The notes beneath the pieces are model-generated. The model made no database searches. It saw only the letters and a list, made by a program, of their open reading frames with translations, and was not told where the DNA came from. Both the position numbers and the translations under genes were made by a program. This document shows positions 50,875-62,075 of a stretch of DNA of 64,000 bases, piece after piece. This stretch comes from Felis catus (taxonomy: Eukaryota). The stretch spans positions 138,572,001 through 138,636,000 of the forward strand of contig NC_058368.1 of assembly GCF_018350175.1 (NCBI RefSeq), in the 5' to 3' direction. Each line of letters begins with the position of its first letter. Position 1 is the first letter of the stretch.

Positions 50875-51540
50875 ACCCCAGCACTTTCAGGGCCAGGGGC
50901 AAGAGGGCAAATGAAGATCTATTTACTATGTGTCCAAATATTTAAAAGTTATAAATCAATTGGACATCAAGTGAAAAGACTTACTTAATAGAAGGATACA
51001 AATGAAAAGACTCAATAAGTAAAATATGTAATATCCTCTTACCTTGACAAATACATCTTCATAGCAAATGAGAAGTCCAGGGTTTATAAATTTACATTCT
51101 TGAACTCTTCAGAGTTTTGGAATGCAATGATGCAAGGAGAGAAGTCACTTGCCCTGGTCTCTCATCACACAATCTGCTCCCTTCCTCTTCTCACCCTGGG
51201 TTAGTCTCCACACCACCAGGAGTTCCGTTCATATGCTGCCTGCGACTCTAAGCTCTGACCATACCCCTTGCCAAACAGCCTCCTGTGGCTATCACTCAGA
51301 TCTGAGAGGCACACCTTAGCACCAGATGCTAGATCCAGGGAAAATGCCCATAAAGTCTCTGGAAATAGGCACGGCATTTGGGGGGCAATTTGGGAATTCT
51401 ATCTGATTACTTAGAGCATGGTCTTGAACACGGGCAGAATCTAGGGCATGACCATTTGGCCTCTGGAGTCTTCATACCATGGGGAGGGGAGGAGGAAAAC
51501 AAGAGCATGAGTCATGAGTCCAGGACAAGAGCCATCTTGC
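50875..51540 (+). mobile_element. hAT-Tip100 non-autonomous element (MER115-like)
   Basis: cagggccaggggcaagagggcaaatg...tatgtgtccaaatatttaaaagttataaatcaa...taccttgacaaatacatcttcata; family name recalled and uncertain. Confidence 0.55.
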
Positions 51541-51856
51541 TTAGGTCTGAAAATGGTACCAGATAGAAAAGAGGAGAAAGGTCAAGGAAGTAAGAGAGAG
51601 GAGAAAATAGCAGGTTATGAAGACAAAAGAAATCCGTCAAAAAGTGGCTTTTGGTTCTATTTTACTATGGACCTGACATTCTTCTGGGTATCAGGTCATG
51701 ATTCTTCCTCTAGATTGGTAGAACCACTCACACTGTGAAGAAAATTGAGTGTCCCTGCCTGATTCGTGTTTTATTCCTCCACCTACATTACTACTTGATT
51801 TTCCTGTAATAATAACTGTAGTTCCATCATAAATTCCTGTGCTTCACATTGACAAT

Positions 51857-52171
51857 GAGGAAGGAAGGAAGGAAGGAAGGAAGGAAGGAAGGAAGGAAGG
51901 AAGGGAGGGAAGGAGGGAGGGAGGGAGGGAGGAAGGAAGGAAGGAAGGAAGGAAGGAAGGAAGGAAGGGAGGGAAGGAGGGAGGGAGGGAGGGAGGGAGG
52001 GAGGAAGGAAGGAAGGAAGGAAGGAAGGAAGGAAGGAAGGGAAGGAGGGAGGGAGGGAGGAAGAAAGGAAGGAAGGAAGGAAGGGAAGGAGGGAGGGAGG
52101 GAGGAAGAAAGGAAGGAAGGAAGGAAGGAAGGAAGGAAGGAAGGAAGGAAGGAAGGAAGGAAGGAAGGAAG
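51857..52171. repeat. Compound (GGAA)n/(GGGA)n polypurine tract, 315 bp
   Basis: No pyrimidine on the + strand across the interval. Confidence 0.98.
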
Positions 52172-52559
52172 TTGCTTTTATGATTACACACCAGAAGTTT
52201 CTCTGGGTGAAACAAAGTAGTAGTTCATCAGATAAACAACTGAAAAGCAAGTTTACACCAAAAAACTGGTAACTTGATTCAGCATTTTGGGCTTTGTGAT
52301 GTGGGTTGGTTGTTGCTTGGCTTAGCTTCTGATGTTGCAAAAATTTCACTGGTGAAGGTTTCTACGGCCAACTGTTTTGAGTTTTGTTGTTTGCTGTTTA
52401 GCAGGCATGAAATATAATACATTTTCTCTGGGAATATTTCATTTCCTGGGGCTGGAAATGCATTGGGGTTAGGTGAACTGCCCCATTTCTGAGCCATATG
52501 TTCCTAGTACAGAGGTAGAGGGCAATCTAAATCACAACATTGTTGTGCTCTCAAAATCA

Positions 52560-53040
52560 TTATTTAAAGTATTTGTCCTTAGGAGAAAAAAATGCCATAT
52601 AAGGATAAAATCAATAGAAGGAATTACAAAGGAAAAACTCATAGAAAAGTATCATGCAAAATTGAAATTTTTTAAAGTTTAAGAGACAAACAGCAAACTG
52701 GGAAATAAATTTATCATAAATATGGCAAAGGGAACAATTATTAATCTATAAAAATTTATACACTCATACCTTAATAACCATCAGTGTTCCAATTTTTAAA
52801 AGGTAGAAGAGATACCGCATGAAAGAAAACAATAATGACTAAAAAATATTTTTAAATAGTCAAAGGAACGTAAGATAAAAGTGAGATGTTAATTGAAATA
52901 GCTTTTCTGGATGCAAGTTTACAAATGTGTCAAGAGCCTTAAAAAATGTCCATGGTCTTGACCCTGACAATTTTTCCCTGAGAAAATTATCTGCAATAGT
53001 ATTAAGAAAACAAAATATAGTATTAAGAACAAAAATGTTT
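52560..53040 (+). mobile_element. Ancient L1 (L1ME-like) remnant
   Basis: A-rich; aagttaagagacaaacagcaaactgggaaataaatttatc...tttctggatgcaagtttacaaatgtgtcaagagccttaaaaaatg. Confidence 0.55.
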
Positions 53041-53089
53041 CTTCTCCTATCAGAGTCTATCTAGAACTTACTCTCTGGCCCAGCTCTCT

Positions 53090-54360
53090 GGGGAATTCAT
53101 TCTCGCCATTATTCCCTCTGTCTCATTTATCACCAATTTCTCTCTCTACTAGATACGTCCCATCAGCATATGAACATGCTCAATATCTCTCAAACTTTTA
53201 AGTTCTTCTTTGGTCCCACATTTCCATCTGGCTACAACTCCATTTCACTGCTTTCCTTCATAAGGAAAGTCAGAAGTAATGATCTCTGCACACTCCCTTC
53301 ACTTCCTCACCTCCCATTCACTCACTGACTTGCTCGCTCTTCTCAACATCAGAGATGACGTTGATCTTGCCAAGGCCAGTGAACACTTTACTGCCTGTCC
53401 TAACACCCTCAACAGTATTGCCCATGTTTAGTCACTACCTTCGACATCTTTCCTTGGCTTCCAGGACACCACATTCTTACTTTCCCTTTTCCCTTAATGG
53501 CTATTCTCTCTAAGTTATTTTCCTAAATCTTCCTTTTCTAGCTACCTTTTAAAGAATAGAGCTCCTCAGGGTTCATTTCAGAACATCTCTGTCCATATGT
53601 GTTTTCTTAGATGTTCTCCTCCAGTCCTGTGGTTTCTGATGCTGTCTTAAAGCAATGACTCCAAAATTTATGTTTCTGGCTTCACCCTCTCCCCTGAAGA
53701 GTAGACTCATGGACAACTGCTTGGCCAATATTGACACTTGTATATTGCAGGCATTTCAAAATTTACATCCCTAAAACTGTATCCCATCTCCCTTCCCCCA
53801 AAATACCCAGCTCTCTTTCTGCCACCCCGCCCCCTGTCTCTTTAATTAGCTCCACCCATCAGCTCAGTCATTAAAACCAGATGATTTCGTGTCATCCTTG
53901 ACCTCTCCTACCCTTCAGACGCTGCTTCCAAACAATCAACAAATCTTGTTGGTTCTACTCCCAAGGTACATTTCTTCCCTCTGCAATGCCACCGCCTTAG
54001 TCCAGGTCACTACTTCCTTTAGTAAATCACTGGTCTTCTAAATGGGCTTTCTTCCTCTACACTTGCCCCTGCCCCTACAGCGCTTTCTTTAAGCAACATC
54101 AGGGTTTTGAAAATGCAAATTAGATCATGGCTCTCCACGATCAGTTAGAAAAGTTTCCAAACTCTTACAGCGGATTGTTAAACTGTCCATGATCTACCTC
54201 CTGCCTAGTCATCTGACTTTATCACATAACACTTGCCTCCATACTCACTCCAATCCTGTCCACTCCTCCCTCTCCTAGTTTCTCAAACACGGATTTATGA
54301 GCATGTGCTGACACCAGCCGTGCTCCAGACTTCAGTCAGCTATAATACCCTGTTTTTCAC
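53090..54360 (+). mobile_element. L2 LINE fragment (about 1.3 kb)
   Basis: Pyrimidine-rich L2 blocks: cacttcctcacctcccattcact; tccttggcttccaggacaccacattct; atgactccaaaatttatgtttctggc; gtcatccttgacctctcc. Confidence 0.85.
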
Positions 54361-54645
54361 TCCTCCACCTTCTAAGGGATTTCCAAGCCCAAGCTCATCT
54401 CCTAGTCTCAGGGCAGCTACTCCAGTTCATATCCTCATTTCGAGAGAGGAGGAAAATGGTTAGAATTCCATTCGAGACTAATGAAGTCATATCTATCATT
54501 TCTCGCAAATAATTTCTTAGAAAGAAAAAAGATGGAAAATTAGATTGAGGGTAAAGGAGATGCATTCTCTTCTTCCACCAAGAACAAAGGATTCTGGAAC
54601 TGGGAGAAGAAACTTGATTTATATTATCTCTTTAGGGCTGATGTG

Positions 54646-55020
54646 TGTTATGGGCTGAACTGTGTCCTCCCCAAAAACTCATATGTTGAAGCCCTAACCT
54701 CAGAATGTGACTGTGCTTCGAGATAGGGTCTTAAAAGAGGCAATTAAGTTAAAGTGAGGTCATTATAGTAGGCCTAATCCAACATGACGAGTGTCCTTGT
54801 GAGAAGAGATTGGGGCACAGACATGCACAGAGGAAAGAGTGTGAAGACACGGGGAAAATGAATGTCTACAAATGAAGGAGAGAGGGTTTTCAGAAAAAAG
54901 TAACTCTGCCAACACCTTGCTCTTGGACCTCGTAGCCTCCCGATCTGTGAGAAAATACATTTTTGTTGTTTACTCCACCAGTCTGGGGTACCCTGTCATG
55001 ACAGCCCACAAATAATGCAT
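54646..55020 (+). mobile_element. MaLR solo LTR (MLT1A/B-like)
   Basis: tgttatgggctgaactgtgtcctcccc...catatgttgaagccctaacc...ctgccaacaccttgctcttggac...ctgtgagaaaatacatttttgttgttta. Confidence 0.92.
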
Positions 55021-56080
55021 CTGATTATGCCTGTTCTTCAGATAAAGAAACTGACAGCCCGAGATCACAAGACTGTGTCAGTGTCCACAATCCAATCCCA
55101 AGTCTAATCTGAGAGTCTGTGCCGTTTCCATCCTGCTAGGTGACTCTCCTCCACACCCATTCCTCCTCTTAACTATTGAGAGGTTATTTCCAAAGACTTA
55201 AATGGTCTGCATCCTATTGAGATGTCTTCATAAAAGGAGGGAACATGAGAAAGAAGTACCGCTCGGGAAGAAGAGAAGAGAGTTTCCAGGGCTCAACTTC
55301 TGGAAACCCACAAGGACGCGAGGGCAGGGAGAGTCACTCTGTAATGCAGCTTGGTCAAGAAAAAAAAACATTAAAAATCATCTGCCAACTCAGATGGAAG
55401 ATGATCGATGATTTATTACCAATTTAACACGACTGTAATCTTTTAGGGATTTTAATATTTTGGTGCTGACATTCTGTTAACAGATTTTTGGTGATCATGG
55501 AACTGTTGATTCCACATGTAAGTCGAGCATTATGACTTTTATTTATCCTTAGGTAACACTCTGCTCTGGTTATTTGGTGCCAAGCTGCCTTGATGGATTA
55601 ACTTCTAGAAGTATTTTATTCTGCTCTCAAGCAGATGAGCGGGCAGAAATCCTCCTAAATTATAAATTACTGTCACGACTACACACAGTCAGGGCCAAAG
55701 AGTCCAACAGAGCTGGGCGTCGCTAAATGCCAACAGCTGATGTGATAAACTCATTCACTCTGAACACGGGAGTAAAGGATGTGTACTTCCGGATATCACC
55801 CAGCCTCCTGCTTGGAAACGAAACCCCAAGTTTCTGTTCAAAGCGGCAATTGGAGGCCACATTCTTATCCTCTTACCTGTAATTCTAATGAAATGAACAA
55901 TGAGAATACAAATGTTAAGTCTTTTTATGTGATTTAAATAAGAAATAAAATAAAGAACACAATGTCTTTACTAGTATGAGACAGGGAAGGGTAACGTGAA
56001 AGGCCAGACCTTTTGAAAAACATCCCCAATATATAAAAACAGAATGGGATGGAACAAGTCCCTGCCTGTAAGTTAACACG

Positions 56081-56520
56081 TGTTCCATTTATCTACTACT
56101 GAGTGACTAAGCACCTCGCACTCAGTGACTTAAAACAACATTGCTAATGGATCTGCATTTGGTGCAAGGCTTGGCAGAATCACCTTATCTCTGCTGCACT
56201 GGGTGTCAAGGGCTGGCACATGGAATCATCTGAAGGCTCACTCCTTCACAGGTCTAGTGGTGGAGACTGGGAAGCCCGAGGGTCCTGGAACATTCTATCT
56301 CTGTGTGGTTGCTCCACACTGTATCTCCAGCCCTGAGGCTTCAGGGCAGCAAACCTCTCCCAAGGTGTGTGGAGAGAGAAAGGGAAAGAGAAAACCAGGC
56401 TGAAGCTACATCGCCTTTTCTGTCCTAGCCCATGAAGTCATTTAGTGTCACCTCCACCGCGTTCTACTCCTGGAGGCCAAGTTATGTTCAAGGGGGAAGG
56501 AAACTCCTTGTCCTTTTGCG
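56081..56520 (-). mobile_element. MaLR solo LTR (MLT1H-like)
   Basis: tgttccatttatctactactgag...ctcagtgacttaaaacaac...ggaatcatctgaaggctcactc...ccttttctgtcctagcccatgaagtca. Confidence 0.7.
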
Positions 56521-57714
56521 GTATGAGGAGATGTATCCTTCTGAATGAGGGTGGCTTGTGGCGGTTTCGAAAATACAATCTGTCAAATTTATGACAGAAA
56601 AACACAACGGGAGGAAGTGCCTGTGATCACTGACAAAGCCAAAGTATCCCTTCGAGGTCAATAGGACAGAAGATAGGAGTTAGGGTGAGCTGAGGGTCAA
56701 ACAGTTTGAGGAAAATCCCTCCCCCCCACATGAAGAAGCTCACCTGATATGTATTGAAGAACCAGGTAAAAGGGGAAATTGTGTCAACCATCTATTCAAG
56801 TGGGCATCCACCTCAGACAGAAACAAGAGCGGTTAATTTTAGTGTGCCACAACACATATGCACAGGAAATTCTTTTCAGAATCGTAACACCGGCCCGTGG
56901 CTGCCTCCAATCTTGTGCCCTCCCCGTGCTTCAGAGACGATGAGAATCTCAGTTTAATGATACTAGAGAAAGTTTAAACTCAATATTCCTCTTTGGTCTG
57001 GGACTAAAATATTTGGACGCGTACCTACAAAAACTCTGAGAAAATCGATCTCAGCGTCTAATATTAGACATGCATAGACTTCCTGCTGTGGGTGAGAAGG
57101 AAAGGAGGGAAGGAAGAGGGAGGGAGGAAGGAAGACGGGTCACTAGACATATCAAAAGACAACGTTGTTCCAAACAAAGGACTGTTCTTAAGATTCAGAG
57201 TAAATATGACTTGCACTCCTAAGAAACAGGGAAAACACTTACCAAAAATATGAGACCCATGGACAGGTAGAGATCTGAGAAGACATAACCTGAGTTTATC
57301 ACAGATTCCTTTCAGAATCTTAAAAGTTGGCAAATTCAAGATTTAATGAAGGCAAGACAGGTAATACAGAACAAGCTAGATACCAAACTCACAAATGAGG
57401 ATAATAAGATGATTTGTCCACTCTTCACAGGAAAAGGATAAAGAAAATTATACGATGCATCAACCTATAAGAGACACAAAGGGCAAGTGCAGGAAAACAT
57501 GTTTTCCCCAGGAAAGGATAGTAATAATGTCCTCGCAGAAAGACTTGAGACTTCTAATCAAAAGATACGAATTAGTTAAGAAAGTAAGATCCACACAATG
57601 GCATGCTCTGGTGATGCTGTAACATTCCAATTAAACTCTGAATTGAAAGACTATGGAAACCCACAGCTATACTGTTGTGCTATATAAAATGAACTACATT
57701 CAAAATGAAAATAA

Positions 57715-57932
57715 GGGGCGCCTGGGTGGCGCAGTCGGTTAAGCGTCCGACTTCAGTCAGGTCACGATCTCGCGGTCCGTGAGTTCGAGCCCCGCATCGG
57801 GCTCTGGGCTGATGGCTCGGAGCCTGGAGCCTGTTTCCGATTCTGTGTCTCCCTCTCTCTCTGCCCCTCCCCCGTTCATGCTCTGTCTCTCTCTGTCCCA
57901 AAAAGAAATAAACGTTGAAAAAAAAAAAAAAA
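57715..57932 (+). mobile_element. Can-SINE, young felid type; no TSD
   Basis: Near-consensus body; left flank caaaatgaaaataa versus right flank aagaatgttgtcc. Confidence 0.97.
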
Positions 57933-58260
57933 GAATGTTGTCCTTCTTATCCAGATCCTTTGTGTAACATTACATGTTCCTGTCTGCATAAAATACCAAT
58001 CATGTTTCCAGGGGATTCAAGATGAACACAGGTATCATTTTCTTATAAATCCCAAGAACCCTTGTCATCTAGCATTTTCTTTCTGCAACTTATGATGTCT
58101 GCTGACTTCATCTGTGGCGGAAAACGTGTACTAGGAGAATCATATTGAGGGATATTTGCTGTTTACCTACCTATACTGTGCTGTTTCACCAAATAAGTGG
58201 AAGCCAGAAATCTTCCCTCCAGGGTACTCACAATACCTCCCACCACACTGCATGACACAA

Positions 58261-58265
<5 letters not shown>

Positions 58266-58300
<35 letters not shown>
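58266..58300. repeat. (CA)n microsatellite
   Basis: Direct inspection. Confidence 0.97.
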
Positions 58301-58303
<3 letters not shown>

Positions 58304-58463
58304 TCTCTTTTGAAGAGTCTGTATGTTTACAACATAAACCAGTGTCTCTTCCAATATTTTTAGGCTGGTATATAACCCTGAGACCAACAAACATTCACTC
58401 ACGATTGCTAACTAGAACGAAGAAAGGGTTTTAAATGAATATAAGAGGAAAATTGTATTGCCG

Positions 58464-58965
58464 GGAATTCACTGTTGCCTCTGGTGGTGTTGCTTTGGGA
58501 GCAAACGTCTGCCCCTTCCGACTTGGGAATGTTTCCACGCCTGCCTGAATTTCTACCCTGTATGAATTTCTACATAGTTTTAGATTCATCCCCTCTCACA
58601 TCCTGTTTTCTAAATTATTTCTGAAGGCTGAGCTATCTCTCCCTTGTAATGTGTCTGTCAAGTCCGCTTGCTTCATCGCAATGCTTTGTGAGTGGTTTCT
58701 CCAGTATGTCTCCCTCCCACTGGCCCACGGGAGACTGAAGAAGATGGATGTGTTGGACCTGGAGTGGAAAAGAGCAAAATGGACAATCTTCTTACCCTGG
58801 CATTTGTCCTCGAGCTTTTCTCATGCCTAGAAGAAATGCTAGAGTGTTCTGCCTATGCCCCCAAGTCCCTCTTGGAAGGTCCCCAAGGCATTTGTGCTGG
58901 CTGGATCCAGTGCATCTGTGAGGATTTGGACTCCCACTAGAAAGGCCTACGAGGCCAGTTGGAGC
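58464..58965 (+). pseudogene. Candidate highly decayed, intronless trypsin/chymotrypsin-family (peptidase S1) pseudogene
   Basis: Ordered degraded motifs: GIHCC/GG (HxCGG), WEQTSAPS (WVLTAAHC), HPVF, YLSLVMCLSSP (DIALLKLSSP), VSPVCLP, Cys +14, Cys +32, ICAG, D-S-G-x-P-L after a 1-nt gap. Read by eye, needs several frameshifts; not database-confirmed. Confidence 0.4.
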
Positions 58966-59484
58966 AAGTTCAGCCCCAAATTTGGCTGAATCACTCAGGA
59001 AGTAGCATAGACGCTTAGACTGGCGGGGGAGCGATCTCTCTTTGACTTCTGTCCCACCACACCGAGGTCTTAACCCGAATCAGACTGACCTCTGACTTGT
59101 CCCTAGAGCTATATCAAGGAGAGAGAAGGGGGTTGGAATGGAGAGTGGATGTTCTAAGAATCAGCGCAGTATTTAATTAAAAGTTTCCTTTTGGTTCTAT
59201 TCCTTGGGAATGTCATCCAGGATGATAGCATTGAGGAATACTGAGGACCCCAAATTGTACTTTGCCCTTCATCCATTGGCTAGGCTCCAGTAGGATCTCC
59301 CTAAGCCTCATGTTTGGAATGATGAGAACACTCTTCCATAGGGACAATGTCCCACATTAGGGTCAGGCACTAAGGAGACTAACGAAAGCCTATGTGATTC
59401 ACGACATTTTTTAGTTTAGGGGCCGACTCTTAGAACACAATCGGCCAGCCACACGGCCATGAACAGAGAAAGCAGGACCCCCAT

Positions 59485-59695
59485 GGCCTGGGATCTAATC
59501 CTAACTCTTCTCGTCCTAGCAATGAGACCTTTAGCAAATTGCCTGATCTCAGTCGGCCTTCACCTTCATCCCTGAAATGGGGATAATAACAGTATCTACC
59601 CTCTAGGGTGGTAAAAATTAAATGAGATAATACAAGCAAAATGGCTAGTACAGTTCCAGTAGATGGCTGCGAATCCTTAAATAAATAATTATTAG
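59485..59695 (+). mobile_element. MIR SINE
   Basis: ctgaaatggggataataacagtatctaccctctagggtggtaaaaattaaatgagataatac. Confidence 0.82.
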
Positions 59696-59699
59696 AGTT

Positions 59700-59800
59700 T
59701 AACATTCAACAAGTCTTGATTAAGCATGGCCAGGTTCTGTGCTGGATGCTGGGACATGGAATGAACGAAGACGAAAAATCCCAACCCATGCTTGCTCTGT
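59700..59800 (-). mobile_element. L2 3' end fragment
   Basis: cattcaacaagtcttgattaagcatggccaggttctgtgctggatgctgggacatggaatgaacgaagac. Confidence 0.6.
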
Positions 59801-60214
59801 TCCCTCTCAGGCCTTGGGTGCTGGGATGTCTGGTTGGCATAGGTCCAGCTTAGTGGACGAGAACATTTAAGGGGGTGAGGACATCCTTCCAGGCAAGATC
59901 TTAGACACCCCCACGCCCCAGACTTATGCCCCATCACTTTGTTTCCTGCTCAGAGCTTCAGGGTATATCTACCCATCTGTCTGTGGCCTCAGCTGGGCCC
60001 ATCTCTCCCTTCCCAGGTAATTGCCAAGTTGAACAGAGTTTCTTGCCTCCCTTGCCCCATCTCTGGCAGACAGTTTTCAAGGGGTGCTTTCCGGCTTCGT
60101 AACAGTGGGAAGGACATAGTGCGTCAAGTGGCGATGTTCTCGCTTTACGTGAAGCACCAAAGCCCAAGCTCGCGAAGACAGTGACTGCCGTGACTGCTTC
60201 TCTGAATGAGTCCA

Positions 60215-60320
60215 GGACATCTCTGGCACTCACCTGAGAAATTTCAATTCAGTGGGTCTGCAGTGAGGCCCAGGCAGGAGTATTTCTCTAAAGTTCCCTG
60301 GTGATTCTGATGAGCAGACA
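60215..60320 (+). mobile_element. MER5-like hAT fragment
   Basis: ttcaattcagtgggtctgcagtgaggcccagg...tttctctaaagttccctggtgattctgatg. Confidence 0.6.
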
Positions 60321-60717
60321 GATTCCAGTAGGATTAAAGGCACACCCATCTCCCTGGCACTGCTGCCCAATGGAGCCCACAAGTACCACTGGACATCTGG
60401 CTGGAGTGTGAAGGCTCAGGGGGCAGAGGGGGGAGGCAGACTGCAGCCATACAGGATCCCTCCCATCCAGGGAGAGGAGACAGTGGGAAAAAGGGCAGGA
60501 CCCCGTAAGGGGAAGGTGAGCGGGTGTGGGGGGACAAAAGAGGACGAAATCCCCCAGCTCATGGGGAGAGTGTAGAATTCCTTTGGTTACAGGGCTGACC
60601 TGGGCTGATCTCAAGATCCCAGGGGACCTCAGGCCTCTCGGGAGAGCCTGTAAATCAATTCACCTAAGTCAGGCACTGCCTGGGTATTGTAAACGGCTTT
60701 AAAATAGCCTTTAGTCA

Positions 60718-60933
60718 GGGCGCCTGGGTGGCGCAGTCGGTTAAGCGTCCGACTTCAGCCAGGTCACGATCTCGCAGTCCGTGAGTTCGAGTCCCGCGTC
60801 AGGCTCTGGGCTGGTGGCTCAGAGCCTGGAGCCTGTTTCCGATTCTGTGTCTCCCTCTCTCTCTCTGCCCCTCCCCCGTTCATGCTCTGTCTCTCTCTGT
60901 CCCAAAAATAAATAAACGTTGAAAAAAAAAATT
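60718..60933 (+). mobile_element. Can-SINE, young felid type
   Basis: Full body; TSD taaaatagc(c/t)tttagtca. Confidence 0.97.
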
Positions 60934-60998
60934 AAAATAGCTTTTAGTCAAAAGCCCTGCCCCCTCCCTTTTTTTAAGTCACAGGACCCCCACCTTAC

Positions 60999-61339
60999 TA
61001 GCAGATCCCAACGGAGACAAGTTCCTGCTGAAGAATGAGCTCCGTGCCCTGGCCTCTCCACTTGTTGAATGTGCAGCTGGCCGTCCGTGAACTTAGGATG
61101 TTACTATTGCCCTGGAGACGGCCATGGGGCCCACATCTCCTGGCAGGTGTGTCAGAGAGGCGGCAGGAGTCTGGGAAAGACAGAGCTTTGTCCAGGGCCT
61201 CTTTTTGGACCTCAAAGCTGATCCAAGCTACATTATTATGAAAAGTTATTAACTGATATTCAGTTACAAGATCACGGGCTGAACAAAGAATGAGGCCCAG
61301 GGCAGCCGAAAACCATATGGTCTCGAAGGCTGCACACAC
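60999..61339 (-). other. Candidate exon of an unidentified minus-strand transcript
   Basis: Minus strand reads ctctaac (branch point)...cctgcctgttctcttgcag|GTG; donor CTA|gtaagg; one frame open throughout; no recognisable protein. Confidence 0.25.
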
Positions 61340-61699
61340 CTGCAAGAGAACAGGCAGGCCTGGTTAGAGACCGTCAGCAATTCTAGGAAAGCCATAAAGT
61401 TTGGACTTGCTTCATGGCACTTTCTAATTAGCTGCACAGTGAGTTTTCTCCACTTTCTTATAAAGGCCTCTGCCCCCTCTTCTACCCCTGTCCATCTCCC
61501 ACGGCCCAAGACATCAGGGGAGAAAGTTCCCACCCAGACTGCCAGCCTTCAGTCAGACCAAGGAAGACGTTGATATAAACAGGAAAATAGCACTGACCTC
61601 TGGATCCAAAGCAAAAATAGAGAAGAAACTCTTGGGAAGTCATCACGAGGAAATAATCCCAACGGGAGAAAGAATAGTGCTTTCCTGGAACAGCAAGAA

Positions 61700-61874
61700 G
61701 CTGAAAGCTGTTCATATTGATGAAGCGTAGGAAAATGGTTAAATCAGTTACATTATATCTGTCCAACAGAATGGTGAATAGAAAGATAAATATAAATGCT
61801 ATGTGGTGACATGGAAAAAGGCTCACCATATAATGTTCAGTTAAAAAAAAACGGATGCAAAAATGTATCTCTGC
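61700..61874 (+). mobile_element. Ancient L1 (L1ME-like) 3' fragment
   Basis: ggaaaatggttaaatcagttac...gacatggaaaaaggctcaccatataatgttcagttaaaaaaa. Confidence 0.55.
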
Positions 61875-62075
61875 GGGGCACCTGGGTGACTTAGTCAGTT
61901 GAGCGTCCAACTTCAGCTTGGGTCGTGATCTCACAGCTCCTGGGTTCGAGCCCCACGTTGGGCTCTGTACTGATAGCTCAGAGCCTGGAGCCTCCTTCAG
62001 AGTCTGTGTCTCCCTCTCTCTCTGACCCTCCCCCACTTGCACTCTGTCTCTCTCTCAAAACTTAAAAAAAAAAAA
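61875..62075 (+). mobile_element. Can-SINE, moderately diverged
   Basis: Full body; degenerate TSD aatgt(a/g)tc(t/g)ctgc. Confidence 0.95.

Noticed and set aside
51783..52349. Long ORFs of LPSF / RKEG repeats (up to 188 aa)
   Set aside because: Artefacts of the stop-free GGAA/GGGA tract.
55865..55915. Minus-strand ...ttcattagaattacag|gtaaga as a recursive splice site or microexon
   Set aside because: Weak pyrimidine tract with a competing upstream AG and no known host transcript; expected by chance.
59060..59125. EVLTRI and YIKE as the C-terminal GVYTRV / WI motifs of the protease relic
   Set aside because: Spacing from the Ser-motif region is too long, so they were not counted as evidence.
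61175..61240. NVAWISFEVQKEALDKAL resembling an RRM RNP1/helix segment
   Set aside because: A single short similarity with no RNP2 or remaining RRM pattern.
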